From NCBI GenBank assembly GCA_965199665.1, contig OZ241208.1:3788326-3852325 (forward strand): 64,000 nucleotides of DNA. The letters are read 5' to 3'. The number at the start of each line of letters is the position of its first letter. The first letter of the stretch is position 1. A program made the position numbers and the translations under genes. Positions 18,394-26,651 of this stretch are shown piece by piece. This DNA is from Acetobacteraceae bacterium (lineage in GTDB: Bacteria > Pseudomonadota > Alphaproteobacteria > Acetobacterales > Acetobacteraceae). The notes below the pieces were generated by a model, which did not search any database, was not told the origin of the DNA, and saw nothing but the letters and a program-made list of their open reading frames with translations.

Positions 18394-18441
18394 AACGTCG
18401 GCCTGAAACGTCGGCCTGAAACGGCGGCCTGAAACGGCGGC
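18390..18441. repeat. Four tandem copies of a 13-bp unit CTGAAACG(T/G)CGGC
   Basis: Direct reading: ctgaaacgtcggc ctgaaacgtcggc ctgaaacggcggc ctgaaacggcggc. The first unit contains the AKR stop codon (18391-18393). The array ends 4 nt before the convergent methyltransferase stop. Confidence 0.9.
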
Positions 18442-18445
18442 GGGG

Positions 18446-19186
18446 TCAGCCGGCGGGGCAGGAGGGGACGCTGCCCGGCGCCGGCGGCGTGGCCGGCGGC
18501 GCGAACACGGCCAGGTATTCCGAGCGCGGCGGCGCCTCCAGCAGCCAATGGAACCCGATCGGCCGGTAGCCCGCGGCCGCCAGCTCGCAGGCGAGCAGCG
18601 CCCGCGGCGTGCCGTGCCGCAACACCGCATCGTCGACGTCGACGATGCCGACGGTGCCGCCGGGCTTCATCGCCGTGGCCAGGTTGGCCAGCAGGGCGAA
18701 GGGCTGCTCGATCTCGTGATACATGTGGATCAGCACCGCCGCATCGACCGAGTGCGGCGGCAGGCGGGGGTCGCCGGGCTCGCCGAGGCCGGTCACGACG
18801 TTGCCGATCCGCTCCTGGCGCAACCGGTTGCGCAGGCGGGCCAGGTAGTCCGGCACCACGTCCTGCGCCAGCACCCGCCCGGTGGGCCCGACGCGGGCGG
18901 CGAGCCGCACCGTGTAGTAGCCCGACCCGGCGCCGATATCGGCCACCACCATGCCCGGCCGGATGCCGAGCCATTCCATCACCTGGGCCGCCTCGCCCGC
19001 CCGCTCGCGCTCGTCCTCCGCCCGCCAACGGTCGGACACGACGGGGGCCACCGGCCGGCTCGGCCGCACGAAATCGGCGGCGGGCAGGCCGGGCGGGCCG
19101 AGATAGGCGTCGGCCGGTTGCGCCCGGGCCGGCGCTGCGAGCAGCACCAGACCGAGAAGGGGGATGAGGGCGGGGCGGAAGGTCAT
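18446..19186 (-). CDS. Class I SAM-dependent methyltransferase with N-terminal signal peptide
   Basis: ATG at complement 19184-19186 gives MTFRPALIPLLGLVLLAAPARA-QP. Motif I is VADIGAGSGYYT. Confidence 0.75.
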   Translation of the reverse strand: MTFRPALIPLLGLVLLAAPARAQPADAYLGPPGLPAADFVRPSRPVAPVVSDRWRAEDERERAGEAAQVMEWLGIRPGMVVADIGAGSGYYTVRLAARVGPTGRVLAQDVVPDYLARLRNRLRQERIGNVVTGLGEPGDPRLPPHSVDAAVLIHMYHEIEQPFALLANLATAMKPGGTVGIVDVDDAVLRHGTPRALLACELAAAGYRPIGFHWLLEAPPRSEYLAVFAPPATPPAPGSVPSCPAG

Positions 19187-19190
19187 GCGC

Positions 19191-19838
19191 TCAACCTGGG
19201 CTGCCGCCTCGGCCTCGGCAACCAGTCCCCGACCGCATCGCCAGCCCGGCCAGGCACGCGCAGCCCCACCCGCCGCCGAGCGCCCAGCCGGCGAGCACAT
19301 CGCTCGGCCAATGCAGCCCGAGATACACCCGGCTCAGCCCGATCAGCAGCGGCAGGCCGGCCGCCACGGCCCCGACGAAGCGACGGGCCGCCCGCGACAG
19401 CTCGCCGCGCAGCAACAGCCCGGCGATCACCACGGCCATCGCCGCCGACAGCGCGGCGTGCGAGGACGGGAACGAGGTGGTGAACACCAGCGGGCCACCC
19501 GTCACCAGCTCCGGCCGCGCCCGGCCGACGACGCTCTTGACCGCCCCCACCAGCACCAGACACCCCGACGCCGCCACCAGCAGGCCGGCTGCATCCATCC
19601 GGCGCCGGGTTAATGCGGCGTAGCCGGCGCCGATCGCCGCGACGAGGCTGAGCACGAGGTTGCTGCCGAGCCCAGTCAGGTCGCGCGCCGCTTCCGTCAT
19701 CAAGGTGGAGCGCAGGGTCGCCTGCACCAGCCGGGCGGCGACCCGGTCGAACCCTTCGTTCCACCCGGCCAGCACCAGCAGGTAGACGCCCCCGAACAGC
19801 ACGGCGGCCGCGACCGACGCTCCCCCCAGCCTCCGCAC
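19191..19838 (-). CDS. PAP2-family phosphatase (membrane)
   Basis: The PAP2 motifs SFPSSH and SRVYLGLHWPSDV are present. GGAGG (within complement of 19844-19851) lies 5 nt before GTG (complement 19836-19838). The longer ORF-track start would overlap the divergent photolyase gene. Confidence 0.7.
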   Translation of the reverse strand: MRRLGGASVAAAVLFGGVYLLVLAGWNEGFDRVAARLVQATLRSTLMTEAARDLTGLGSNLVLSLVAAIGAGYAALTRRRMDAAGLLVAASGCLVLVGAVKSVVGRARPELVTGGPLVFTTSFPSSHAALSAAMAVVIAGLLLRGELSRAARRFVGAVAAGLPLLIGLSRVYLGLHWPSDVLAGWALGGGWGCACLAGLAMRSGTGCRGRGGSPG

Positions 19839-19930
19839 GACTGCCTCCCCCGAACCCGTCGGCACGCTACCACGCCCCCGCGCGCTTTCCCGACTAGCCA
19901 GCCTCCCGCACTCCCCCACATGCTGCTCCG

Positions 19931-21307
19931 ATGATCGAGGACACCCGGATCCGAGCGCTGAACGACCGCCCCGTGCAGGAGAAGGCGTCATACGTTCTCT
20001 ATTGGATGGGCTTGTCCCAGCGTGCCGCCTTCAACCCGGCCCTCGAGCATGCGGTGGACGAAGCCAATGCGCGCAAGCTTCCGGTGTTGGTCTGCTACGG
20101 CATCGCGGAGGACTTCCCCGAGGTCAATGCGCGGCATTGGAGCTTCCTGCTGGAGGGGCTGGCCGAGATCGGGCCGGCACTGACCAAGCGCGGGATCGGC
20201 TTCGTGGCCCGGCGCGAGCCCCCGGTGGAAGCGGCACTGCGCTACGCCGCCGACGCCGCCCTGGTGGTGTGCGACCGCACCTACCCCAAGGCCGCACGCG
20301 CCTACTACGCCGAAGTGGCCGAGCGCGCCCCGTGCCGGGTCGTGCAGGTGGAAGGCGACGTGGTGGTGCCGGTCGAGACCGCGTCGCCCAAGCACGAATA
20401 CGCGGCGCGGACGCTGCGGCCCAAGCTCGGCCGGCTGATGCCCGAGTATCTCAAGCCGCTGGAGCCGCGCCGGGTCCAGCACAAGGCGGACAAGCTGACG
20501 GTCGAGAGCACGCTGGACCTGTCGGACATTCCCCGCCTGGTCGCGAGCCTCAAAGCGGATCAGAGCGTGCGCCCGGTGAAGCGCTTCCGCGGCGGGGCGT
20601 CGCAGGCCGAGGCGCGGCTGCGCGAGTATCTCGGCGGCCCGTTCGGCCATTATGCCACCGTGCGCGGCCGGCCCGAATCCGGCGCCGCGTCGCACATGAG
20701 CCCCTACCTGCATTACGGGCACATCTCGCCCGTGGCGCTGGTGCTGGCCGTCCAGGGATCCAACAAGGGCGACGCGGAGGACAAGGCGGCCTTCGTGGAG
20801 GAGGTCGTCGTCCGGCGCGAACTCGCGGTCAACCACATCCATTACGAGGAACGCTTCGACGACTACGCCTGTGTGCCGGATTGGGCGCGCAAGACGCTGG
20901 ACGCGCATCGGACGGACGAACGACCGCACCTGTATACGCGCGAACAGTTCGACCAGGGGCTGTCCCACGACCGCTACTGGAACGCGGCCATGCTGGAGAT
21001 GCGCGAGACCGGCTACATGCACAACCATATGCGCATGTATTGGGGCAAGAAGATCGTCCAATGGTCGGCCTCCCCGGAGGAGGCGTGGGACATCGCGCTG
21101 CGGCTCAACAACCGCTACTTCATCGATGGGCGGGACGCCAATTCCTACACCAACATCGGCTGGCTGTTCGGCCTGCACGACCGCCCCTGGGGCCCGCAGC
21201 CCGTGTTCGGCAACGTCCGTTCCATGAGCGAGGCCAGCCTCAAGAAGTTCGACGCCGATGCCTACGTGACGGAAGTGGAACGTCTGGCCGCGGCGGAACG
21301 CGCATGA
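19931..21307 (+). CDS. phr: Class II CPD deoxyribodipyrimidine photolyase
   Basis: Colinear with class II photolyases as I remember them (e.g. Methanosarcina): YVLYWM…QR, SPKHEYAARTLRPKL, SPYLHYGHIS, HDRYWNAAMLEM…TGYMHNHMRMYWGKKI, NRYFIDGRDANSYTNIGW…HDRPWG. Confidence 0.9.
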   Translation: MIEDTRIRALNDRPVQEKASYVLYWMGLSQRAAFNPALEHAVDEANARKLPVLVCYGIAEDFPEVNARHWSFLLEGLAEIGPALTKRGIGFVARREPPVEAALRYAADAALVVCDRTYPKAARAYYAEVAERAPCRVVQVEGDVVVPVETASPKHEYAARTLRPKLGRLMPEYLKPLEPRRVQHKADKLTVESTLDLSDIPRLVASLKADQSVRPVKRFRGGASQAEARLREYLGGPFGHYATVRGRPESGAASHMSPYLHYGHISPVALVLAVQGSNKGDAEDKAAFVEEVVVRRELAVNHIHYEERFDDYACVPDWARKTLDAHRTDERPHLYTREQFDQGLSHDRYWNAAMLEMRETGYMHNHMRMYWGKKIVQWSASPEEAWDIALRLNNRYFIDGRDANSYTNIGWLFGLHDRPWGPQPVFGNVRSMSEASLKKFDADAYVTEVERLAAAERA

Positions 21308-22446
21308 CCTCCTTGACCCGCGCGGCGGGGCTCGAGCGCTTGGCCGCCATCGTGCCGCAGCTCGGCCGCGCCTACGCCGCCGGCCGCAATACCGATCACG
21401 GACCCGGCGTGCCGCCGAGCACCACCGCACTGTCGCCCTTTCTGCGCCGCCGCCTGCTACTGGAACGCGAGCTGGTCGCGGCCGCGCTCGATGCGCACGG
21501 CCCGGCTTCCGGCAAGTTCGTCGACGAGGTGTTCTGGCGCTCCTACTTCAAAGGTCACCTCGAGACCCATCCTGCCGCCTGGACCGGCTACCTCGCCGGT
21601 GTCGAGGCCCAGAACGGCCGGGTCGCCGGCAATGCCGGCCTGCGCCGCGCGGTGGAGGAGGCGGTAGCCGGGCGCACCGGCATCGACGGCTTCGACGACT
21701 GGGCGCGCGAGCTGGTCGACACCGGCTGGCTGCACAACCACGCCCGCATGTGGTTCGCCTCCATCTGGATCTTCACCCTGCGGCTGCCCTGGGAGCTCGG
21801 CGCGGCGTTCTTCCTCCGCCACCTGCTGGACGGCGACCCGGCCAGCAACACGCTGTCCTGGCGCTGGGTCGCCGGGCTGCACACGCGGGGCAAGGCTTAC
21901 GTGGCGCGGGCGGAGAACATCCGCCGCTACACGGATGGCCGTTTCGATCCGACCGGCCTCGACGAGGACCCGGCGCCGCTGGAGGAAACCGACCCGCCGC
22001 GCGGCGTGCCCCTGCCGCACGCCGACGCGCCGCCCACCGGGGAGGTCGCGCTGCTGCTGCACGGGGACGACCTGCATCCGGAGAGCCTGCCGCTGAAAGG
22101 CGCGAACGTCCGCCGGGTCGCCGGGCTGGTGGCGCACATGCCGGGCGCGGATGAGCGGGTCCGCGCGGCCGATGCGGCGGCGATGGCCGACGCCCTGGCG
22201 CGCGCCCGCCAGCACTGGAATTGCGAGGTGGTGCCCGAGGCGCCCGAATTGCCGGACGGATGGGCGGATGGCTTGCCGGTCGTCGCGGCCTGGGCGCCGG
22301 TCGGCCCCTCGGCCGCCGCGCTGCCGCCCGGCACCATCCGCGTACGCCGCCGCTGGGACGAGCTGGCCTGGCCCCGCTCGACCCGCGGCTTCTTCCAGCT
22401 CAGGACCGCGATCCCCGCCATTCTGCGCGAAGACGGGGTGGAATAG
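21304..22446 (+). CDS. Photolyase-superfamily protein with inverted domain order (NewPHL-like): N-terminal FAD-binding/catalytic domain, C-terminal alpha/beta-like domain
   Basis: ATG 21304 overlaps the photolyase stop (ATGA). The N-terminal half carries FAD-binding-domain motifs (LSPFLRRRLL, FWRSYFKGH, DTGWLHNHARMWFASIWIFTLRLPW, FLRHLLDGDPASNTLSWRWVAGLHTRGKAY). There is no alpha/beta domain in front; instead a ~170-aa C-terminal region follows. The upstream 434 codons of the 814-aa ORF are an alternate frame of phr. Confidence 0.6.
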   Translation: MTSLTRAAGLERLAAIVPQLGRAYAAGRNTDHGPGVPPSTTALSPFLRRRLLLERELVAAALDAHGPASGKFVDEVFWRSYFKGHLETHPAAWTGYLAGVEAQNGRVAGNAGLRRAVEEAVAGRTGIDGFDDWARELVDTGWLHNHARMWFASIWIFTLRLPWELGAAFFLRHLLDGDPASNTLSWRWVAGLHTRGKAYVARAENIRRYTDGRFDPTGLDEDPAPLEETDPPRGVPLPHADAPPTGEVALLLHGDDLHPESLPLKGANVRRVAGLVAHMPGADERVRAADAAAMADALARARQHWNCEVVPEAPELPDGWADGLPVVAAWAPVGPSAAALPPGTIRVRRRWDELAWPRSTRGFFQLRTAIPAILREDGVE

Positions 22447-22723
22447 TCGGGCGAAGGCGATCCACCTCCCGTCCCGGCTACCGACAGTATTCGTCATCTC
22501 CCGCCGCCGCCCATCGCAGTTAAACGTTCCCGCCCGCTGAATCGGCGACGGCGCAGCGCGGAATGCGACTTTCCTGCGCGGCGCGGCGGGGAAACGATCT
22601 TCTTCGCCAGCCCGTACCTTTGCTTATTCCATCTGTTGTCTGCCTCCCCCCGGCCCGCGACATAGTGCGGGACGATCGGGGCGCCTCGCGGCTCCCGTGT
22701 CTCACGACGCTGGCAGGAGCCCC

Positions 22724-23551
22724 ATGTCGCAAACCGTTCTTGCCGCCCCGCCGGCCACCCGGTCGCTGCGCCGGCCCACTTTCGCGCTGCCGCGGCGCCT
22801 GGCCTGGCGGCGGGCGGTCGCGCCGCTCGTGCTGCTGCTCGCCTGGCAGGCGGCGTCCAGCGCCGGGCTGCTGTCCCCGCGCACGCTCGCCTCGCCGCTG
22901 CAGATCGTCAGCGTCGGGTGGGACCTCGCCCTCTCCGGCGACCTCGCGGTCAACGTCGGCGTGTCACTGGCCCGCGTGCTGGCCGGGCTGACGATCGGCG
23001 TCTCGGTTGGCGCCGCGCTGGCGGTGGTGGCCGGGCTGTCGCGGCTGGGCGAAGACATCGTGGACGCGCCGATGCAGATGCTGCGGACGCTGCCCTTCCT
23101 GGCGCTGGTGCCGCTGTTCATCCTGTGGCTCGGCATCGGCGAGGTACCCAAGGTCGCGCTGGTGGCGCTGGGCTCGGCCTTCCCGGTCTATCTCAACCTG
23201 TTCTCCGGCATCCGCGGCGTGGACCCCAAGCTGGTCGAGATGGCCCGCGTGTTCGGGCTCGATCGTGCCGGCCTCATCCGTCACATGATCCTGCCGGGCG
23301 CGCTGCCGGCCGCGCTGACCGGGCTGCGCTTCAGCCTCGGCGTGGCCTGGCTGTCGCTGGTGGTGGCCGAGCAGATCAACGCCCATGCCGGCATCGGCTA
23401 CATGATCAACGACGCGCGCGACTTCCTGCGCACGGATGTCATCATGGTCGGGCTGGTGCTGTATGCCGTGCTGGGCCTGCTGGTGGACGGGCTGGTCCGC
23501 GGCCTAGAGACCCGGCTGCTGGCGTGGCGTCCGACCCTGGTGCGGGCATGA
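22724..23551 (+). CDS. ssuC: Aliphatic sulfonate ABC transporter permease
   Basis: AGGAG lies 4 nt before ATG 22724. It is a BPD-type permease (…MQMLRTLPFLALVPLFILWLGIGE…) in a cluster with ssuB, ssuA and ssuD. Confidence 0.8.
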   Translation: MSQTVLAAPPATRSLRRPTFALPRRLAWRRAVAPLVLLLAWQAASSAGLLSPRTLASPLQIVSVGWDLALSGDLAVNVGVSLARVLAGLTIGVSVGAALAVVAGLSRLGEDIVDAPMQMLRTLPFLALVPLFILWLGIGEVPKVALVALGSAFPVYLNLFSGIRGVDPKLVEMARVFGLDRAGLIRHMILPGALPAALTGLRFSLGVAWLSLVVAEQINAHAGIGYMINDARDFLRTDVIMVGLVLYAVLGLLVDGLVRGLETRLLAWRPTLVRA

Positions 23552-24303
23552 CGGGGGTGTCGCGAGCGGGTAGCACCCGCGTCCGCGGCCTGACGCGGCA
23601 GTTCGCGCCGGGCCGGCCGCCGGTGCTGGACCGGCTCGACCTCGACGTCGCGCCCGGCGAATTCGTGGCGCTGCTCGGCGCCAGCGGGTCCGGCAAGACC
23701 ACGCTGCTGCGCACGCTGGCCGGACTCGACCCGGTGCCGGAGGGCGCGACCGTCGCCGTGCCGCAGCCGGCCGCCGTGGTGTTCCAGCAGCCGCTCCTGC
23801 TGCCCTGGAAATCCGTGTGGCAGAACGTGGCGCTCGGCACCGCCGGCGCCGACGCCCGCATCCGGGCGGAGGCGGCGCTGCGCGAGGTCGGCCTGGCCCA
23901 TCGCGTGGATGCCTGGCCCGGCACGCTCTCCGGCGGCGAGGCGCAGCGCGCGGCGTTGGCCCGCGCTCTGGTCCGCGAGCCCGCCCTGCTGCTGCTCGAC
24001 GAGCCGTTCGCCGCCCTCGACGCGCTGACCCGGCTGCGCATGCACGACCTCGTCATGGACCTCTGGTCCCGCCATCGCCCGGCGACCCTGCTGGTCACGC
24101 ACGACGTCGACGAGGCGGTGGCGCTGGCCGACCGGCTGCTGGTGCTCGAAGGCGGGCGTATTGCGCTCGATGTCGCCAACCCCCTGCCCCGCCCGCGCGA
24201 CCGCGCCCACCCCGATTTCGCCGGCCTGCGCGCCCGCCTGCTCGCCCAGCTCGGCGTGCACGGGCATGCCGAGTTGGGCGAGCAGCCGGGCGCCCGAAAG
24301 TGA
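23548..24303 (+). CDS. ssuB: Aliphatic sulfonate ABC transporter ATP-binding protein
   Basis: ATGA overlap with ssuC. Walker A is GASGSGKTT, the signature is LSGGEAQR, and Walker B is LLLLDEPF. Confidence 0.85.
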   Translation: MTGVSRAGSTRVRGLTRQFAPGRPPVLDRLDLDVAPGEFVALLGASGSGKTTLLRTLAGLDPVPEGATVAVPQPAAVVFQQPLLLPWKSVWQNVALGTAGADARIRAEAALREVGLAHRVDAWPGTLSGGEAQRAALARALVREPALLLLDEPFAALDALTRLRMHDLVMDLWSRHRPATLLVTHDVDEAVALADRLLVLEGGRIALDVANPLPRPRDRAHPDFAGLRARLLAQLGVHGHAELGEQPGARK

Positions 24304-24308
24304 AATCC

Positions 24309-25256
24309 ATGACACCGATCCTCCGCCGCCGCTCCTTTCTCGCCGCCGCCGGCCTGCTGGCCGCGCCGTCCCTCGCCCGCGCCGCCCCCGCGGTCCGCAT
24401 CGGCTACCAGAAGAACGGTGCGTTGGTTCTGCTGCGCGAGCAGCGCCTGCTGGAACGCAAGGGCATCGCGGCGACCTTTGTCGAGTTCTCGTCCGGCCCG
24501 CCGCTGCTGGAAGCGCTCAATGCCGGCGCAGTGGATTTCGGCGCCACCGGCGACACGCCGCCCCTCTTCGCCCAGGCGGCCGGCAGCGCGCTGGTCTATG
24601 TCGGCGGCCAGCCGATCGCCGGCGCGAGCTCGGCCGTGCTGGTGCAGAAAGACGGCCCGATCAAGACCATCGCCGACCTGCGCGGCAAGCGCTTCGCCTT
24701 CACCAAAGGCTCCAGCGCCCACAACGTGGCGGTCAAGGTGCTGGCGACCGCCGGATTGACGCCGGCCGACGTGCAGCCGGTCTACCTGCAACCGCCGGAT
24801 GCCGCCGCGTCGTTCCGCAGCGGCGCCGTCGATGCGTGGTCGATCTGGGATCCCTTCTTCGCCATCGCGCAGACCGACCCGGCGACCCGCGTGCTGACGA
24901 CCGCGGAGGGCATCGCGCCGACCAACTCCTTCTTCCTCGCCGGCCGCGCCTACGCCGACAAGGAGGCCGACACCGTGCTGGCCCTGCTGGCGACCATCAA
25001 CGAGGCCGCCGCCTGGGCCCGCGCCAATCCGGAACCGCTGGCCGAGGTCCTGTCGCGCGTCACGGGCGTGCCGCTACCGGCCCAGCGCGTCTCGGCGGCC
25101 CGCGGCGTGTATGCCGTGCAGCCAGTGGACGACCGCATCGTCGCCCAACAGCAGGACATCGCCGACACCTTCGCTCGCCTGCACATCATCCCGTCGCGCA
25201 TCGATGTCCGCGCCGCCGTGTGGCAGCGTGCCTGGCACGTTGCCGACGCGCGCTGA
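24309..25256 (+). CDS. ssuA: Aliphatic sulfonate-binding periplasmic protein
   Basis: The Tat-like signal is [25 protein letters not shown]. The SsuA/TauA-like body reads [12 protein letters not shown]…[28 protein letters not shown]. Confidence 0.8.
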   Translation: MTPILRRRSFLAAAGLLAAPSLARAAPAVRIGYQKNGALVLLREQRLLERKGIAATFVEFSSGPPLLEALNAGAVDFGATGDTPPLFAQAAGSALVYVGGQPIAGASSAVLVQKDGPIKTIADLRGKRFAFTKGSSAHNVAVKVLATAGLTPADVQPVYLQPPDAAASFRSGAVDAWSIWDPFFAIAQTDPATRVLTTAEGIAPTNSFFLAGRAYADKEADTVLALLATINEAAAWARANPEPLAEVLSRVTGVPLPAQRVSAARGVYAVQPVDDRIVAQQQDIADTFARLHIIPSRIDVRAAVWQRAWHVADAR

Positions 25257-25276
25257 CCCTCGACAAGGAACCTGCC

Positions 25277-26491
25277 ATGAACTCCATCGCCCCGTCTGCC
25301 CAGCCGCTCGACTTGTTCTGGTTCCTGCCCACCGGCGGCGATGGCCGCTACCTCGGCAGCACCGTCGGCCAGCGCACGATCGATCACCGCTACCTGCGCG
25401 CCATCGCCGGGGCGGCGGACTCGCTGGGCTATGGCGGCGTGCTGATCCCCACCGGGCGCGGTTGCGAGGATGCCTGGACGGTGGGCGCCAGCCTGCTGTC
25501 GCAGACGGAGCGGCTGCGCTTCCTGGTCGCGGTGCGCCCCGGCATGACGCTGCCGGCGGAAGCCGCGCGGCAAGCCGCGACCTTTGACCGCATGAGCGAG
25601 GGCCGCCTGCTGGTCAACGTCGTCAGCGGCGGCACCCCGGTGGACCTGGCCGGCGACGGGCTGCGGCTCGGTCACGACGAACGCTACGCGCAGACGACGG
25701 AGTTCCTGCAGATCTTCCGCGGCCTGTTGAGCGGCGAAACCGTCGATTTCGAGGGTAAATACCTGTTCGCCAAGGGCGGCAAGCTGCTGTTCCCGCCCGT
25801 GCAGCGCCCCTACCCGCCGCTGTACATCGGTGGATCCTCCGCGCCGGGCCACGAGCTGGCCGCCACCCAGTGCGACGTCTACCTCACCTGGGGCGAGCCG
25901 CCGGCCCAGGTGGCGGAGAAGATCGCCGACGTGCGCCGCCGGGCCGCCGCGGTCGGGCGCACCGTGCGGTTCGGCATCCGCCTGCACCTGATCGTGCGCG
26001 AAACGGAAGACGCCGCGTGGGCGGCCGCGGACGACCTCATCCAGCACCTGTCGGACGACGTGATCGCGCAGGCGCAGCGCAAGCTGCAGGCCGAGAGCGA
26101 CAGCGAAGGCCAGCGCCGCATGGTGGCGCTGCATGGCGGCCAGCGGGACCGGCTGGTGGTCTCGCCCAATTTGTGGGCCGGCGTCGGCCTGGTGCGCGGC
26201 GGTGCCGGCACCGCGCTGGTGGGCGATCCCGCGACGGTGGCCGAGCGCATCCGCGAATACCAGGCGCTCGGCATCGACACGGTGATCGCCTCCGGCTACC
26301 CGCATCTGGAGGAGTGCTACCGGGTCGCCGAGCTGCTGTTCCCGCAGCTCGCGTTGCAGGCCCAGGGCGGCGGCGAGCGCGCGCGCCTCCGGGGCGGCCC
26401 GGCCTACCTGGCTGGCGGCGGCTCGCTCAGCACGGACGGCTTCGCCACACCCGCCGCGGCCAGCCCGGCGCCGCTCACCCGTGCGTTCTGA
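25277..26491 (+). CDS. ssuD: FMNH2-dependent alkanesulfonate monooxygenase
   Basis: [27 protein letters not shown]…[10 protein letters not shown]…[10 protein letters not shown]…[10 protein letters not shown]…[10 protein letters not shown] is typical SsuD (luciferase-like). It carries a ~25-aa Gly/Ala-rich C-terminal tail. Confidence 0.9.
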   Translation: MNSIAPSAQPLDLFWFLPTGGDGRYLGSTVGQRTIDHRYLRAIAGAADSLGYGGVLIPTGRGCEDAWTVGASLLSQTERLRFLVAVRPGMTLPAEAARQAATFDRMSEGRLLVNVVSGGTPVDLAGDGLRLGHDERYAQTTEFLQIFRGLLSGETVDFEGKYLFAKGGKLLFPPVQRPYPPLYIGGSSAPGHELAATQCDVYLTWGEPPAQVAEKIADVRRRAAAVGRTVRFGIRLHLIVRETEDAAWAAADDLIQHLSDDVIAQAQRKLQAESDSEGQRRMVALHGGQRDRLVVSPNLWAGVGLVRGGAGTALVGDPATVAERIREYQALGIDTVIASGYPHLEECYRVAELLFPQLALQAQGGGERARLRGGPAYLAGGGSLSTDGFATPAAASPAPLTRAF

Positions 26492-26651
26492 CCGGGCTCA
26501 GCCATTCGACTTGAGTCCGGTCGAGGCCAGGCCGACCGTGACCAGGTCGTAGCGGGACTTCAGCAAGCTCCGCGTGCCGACTTGGTGGTCGCCAATGCGG
26601 CACGCGCGGCGTCGACGCTGCCCGATGGAGGTCCGGTGACGGGAGTTGCGT

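Noticed and set aside
18390-18441. Possible CRISPR or mini-array
   Set aside because: The units are 13 bp and directly abutting with no spacers. There are only four copies and no cas genes, so this is a simple tandem repeat.
20002-21303. N-terminal 434 codons of the 814-aa ORF that would extend the NewPHL-like gene
   Set aside because: This segment is an alternate frame of the class II photolyase gene, with Arg/Gly/Pro-rich translation. The ATGA junction at 21304 gives a clean start.
22447-22723. Possible riboswitch or sRNA in the 275-bp region upstream of ssuC
   Set aside because: I found only short 5-bp stems and recognise no conserved riboswitch core. I have no basis for a call without a covariance-model scan.
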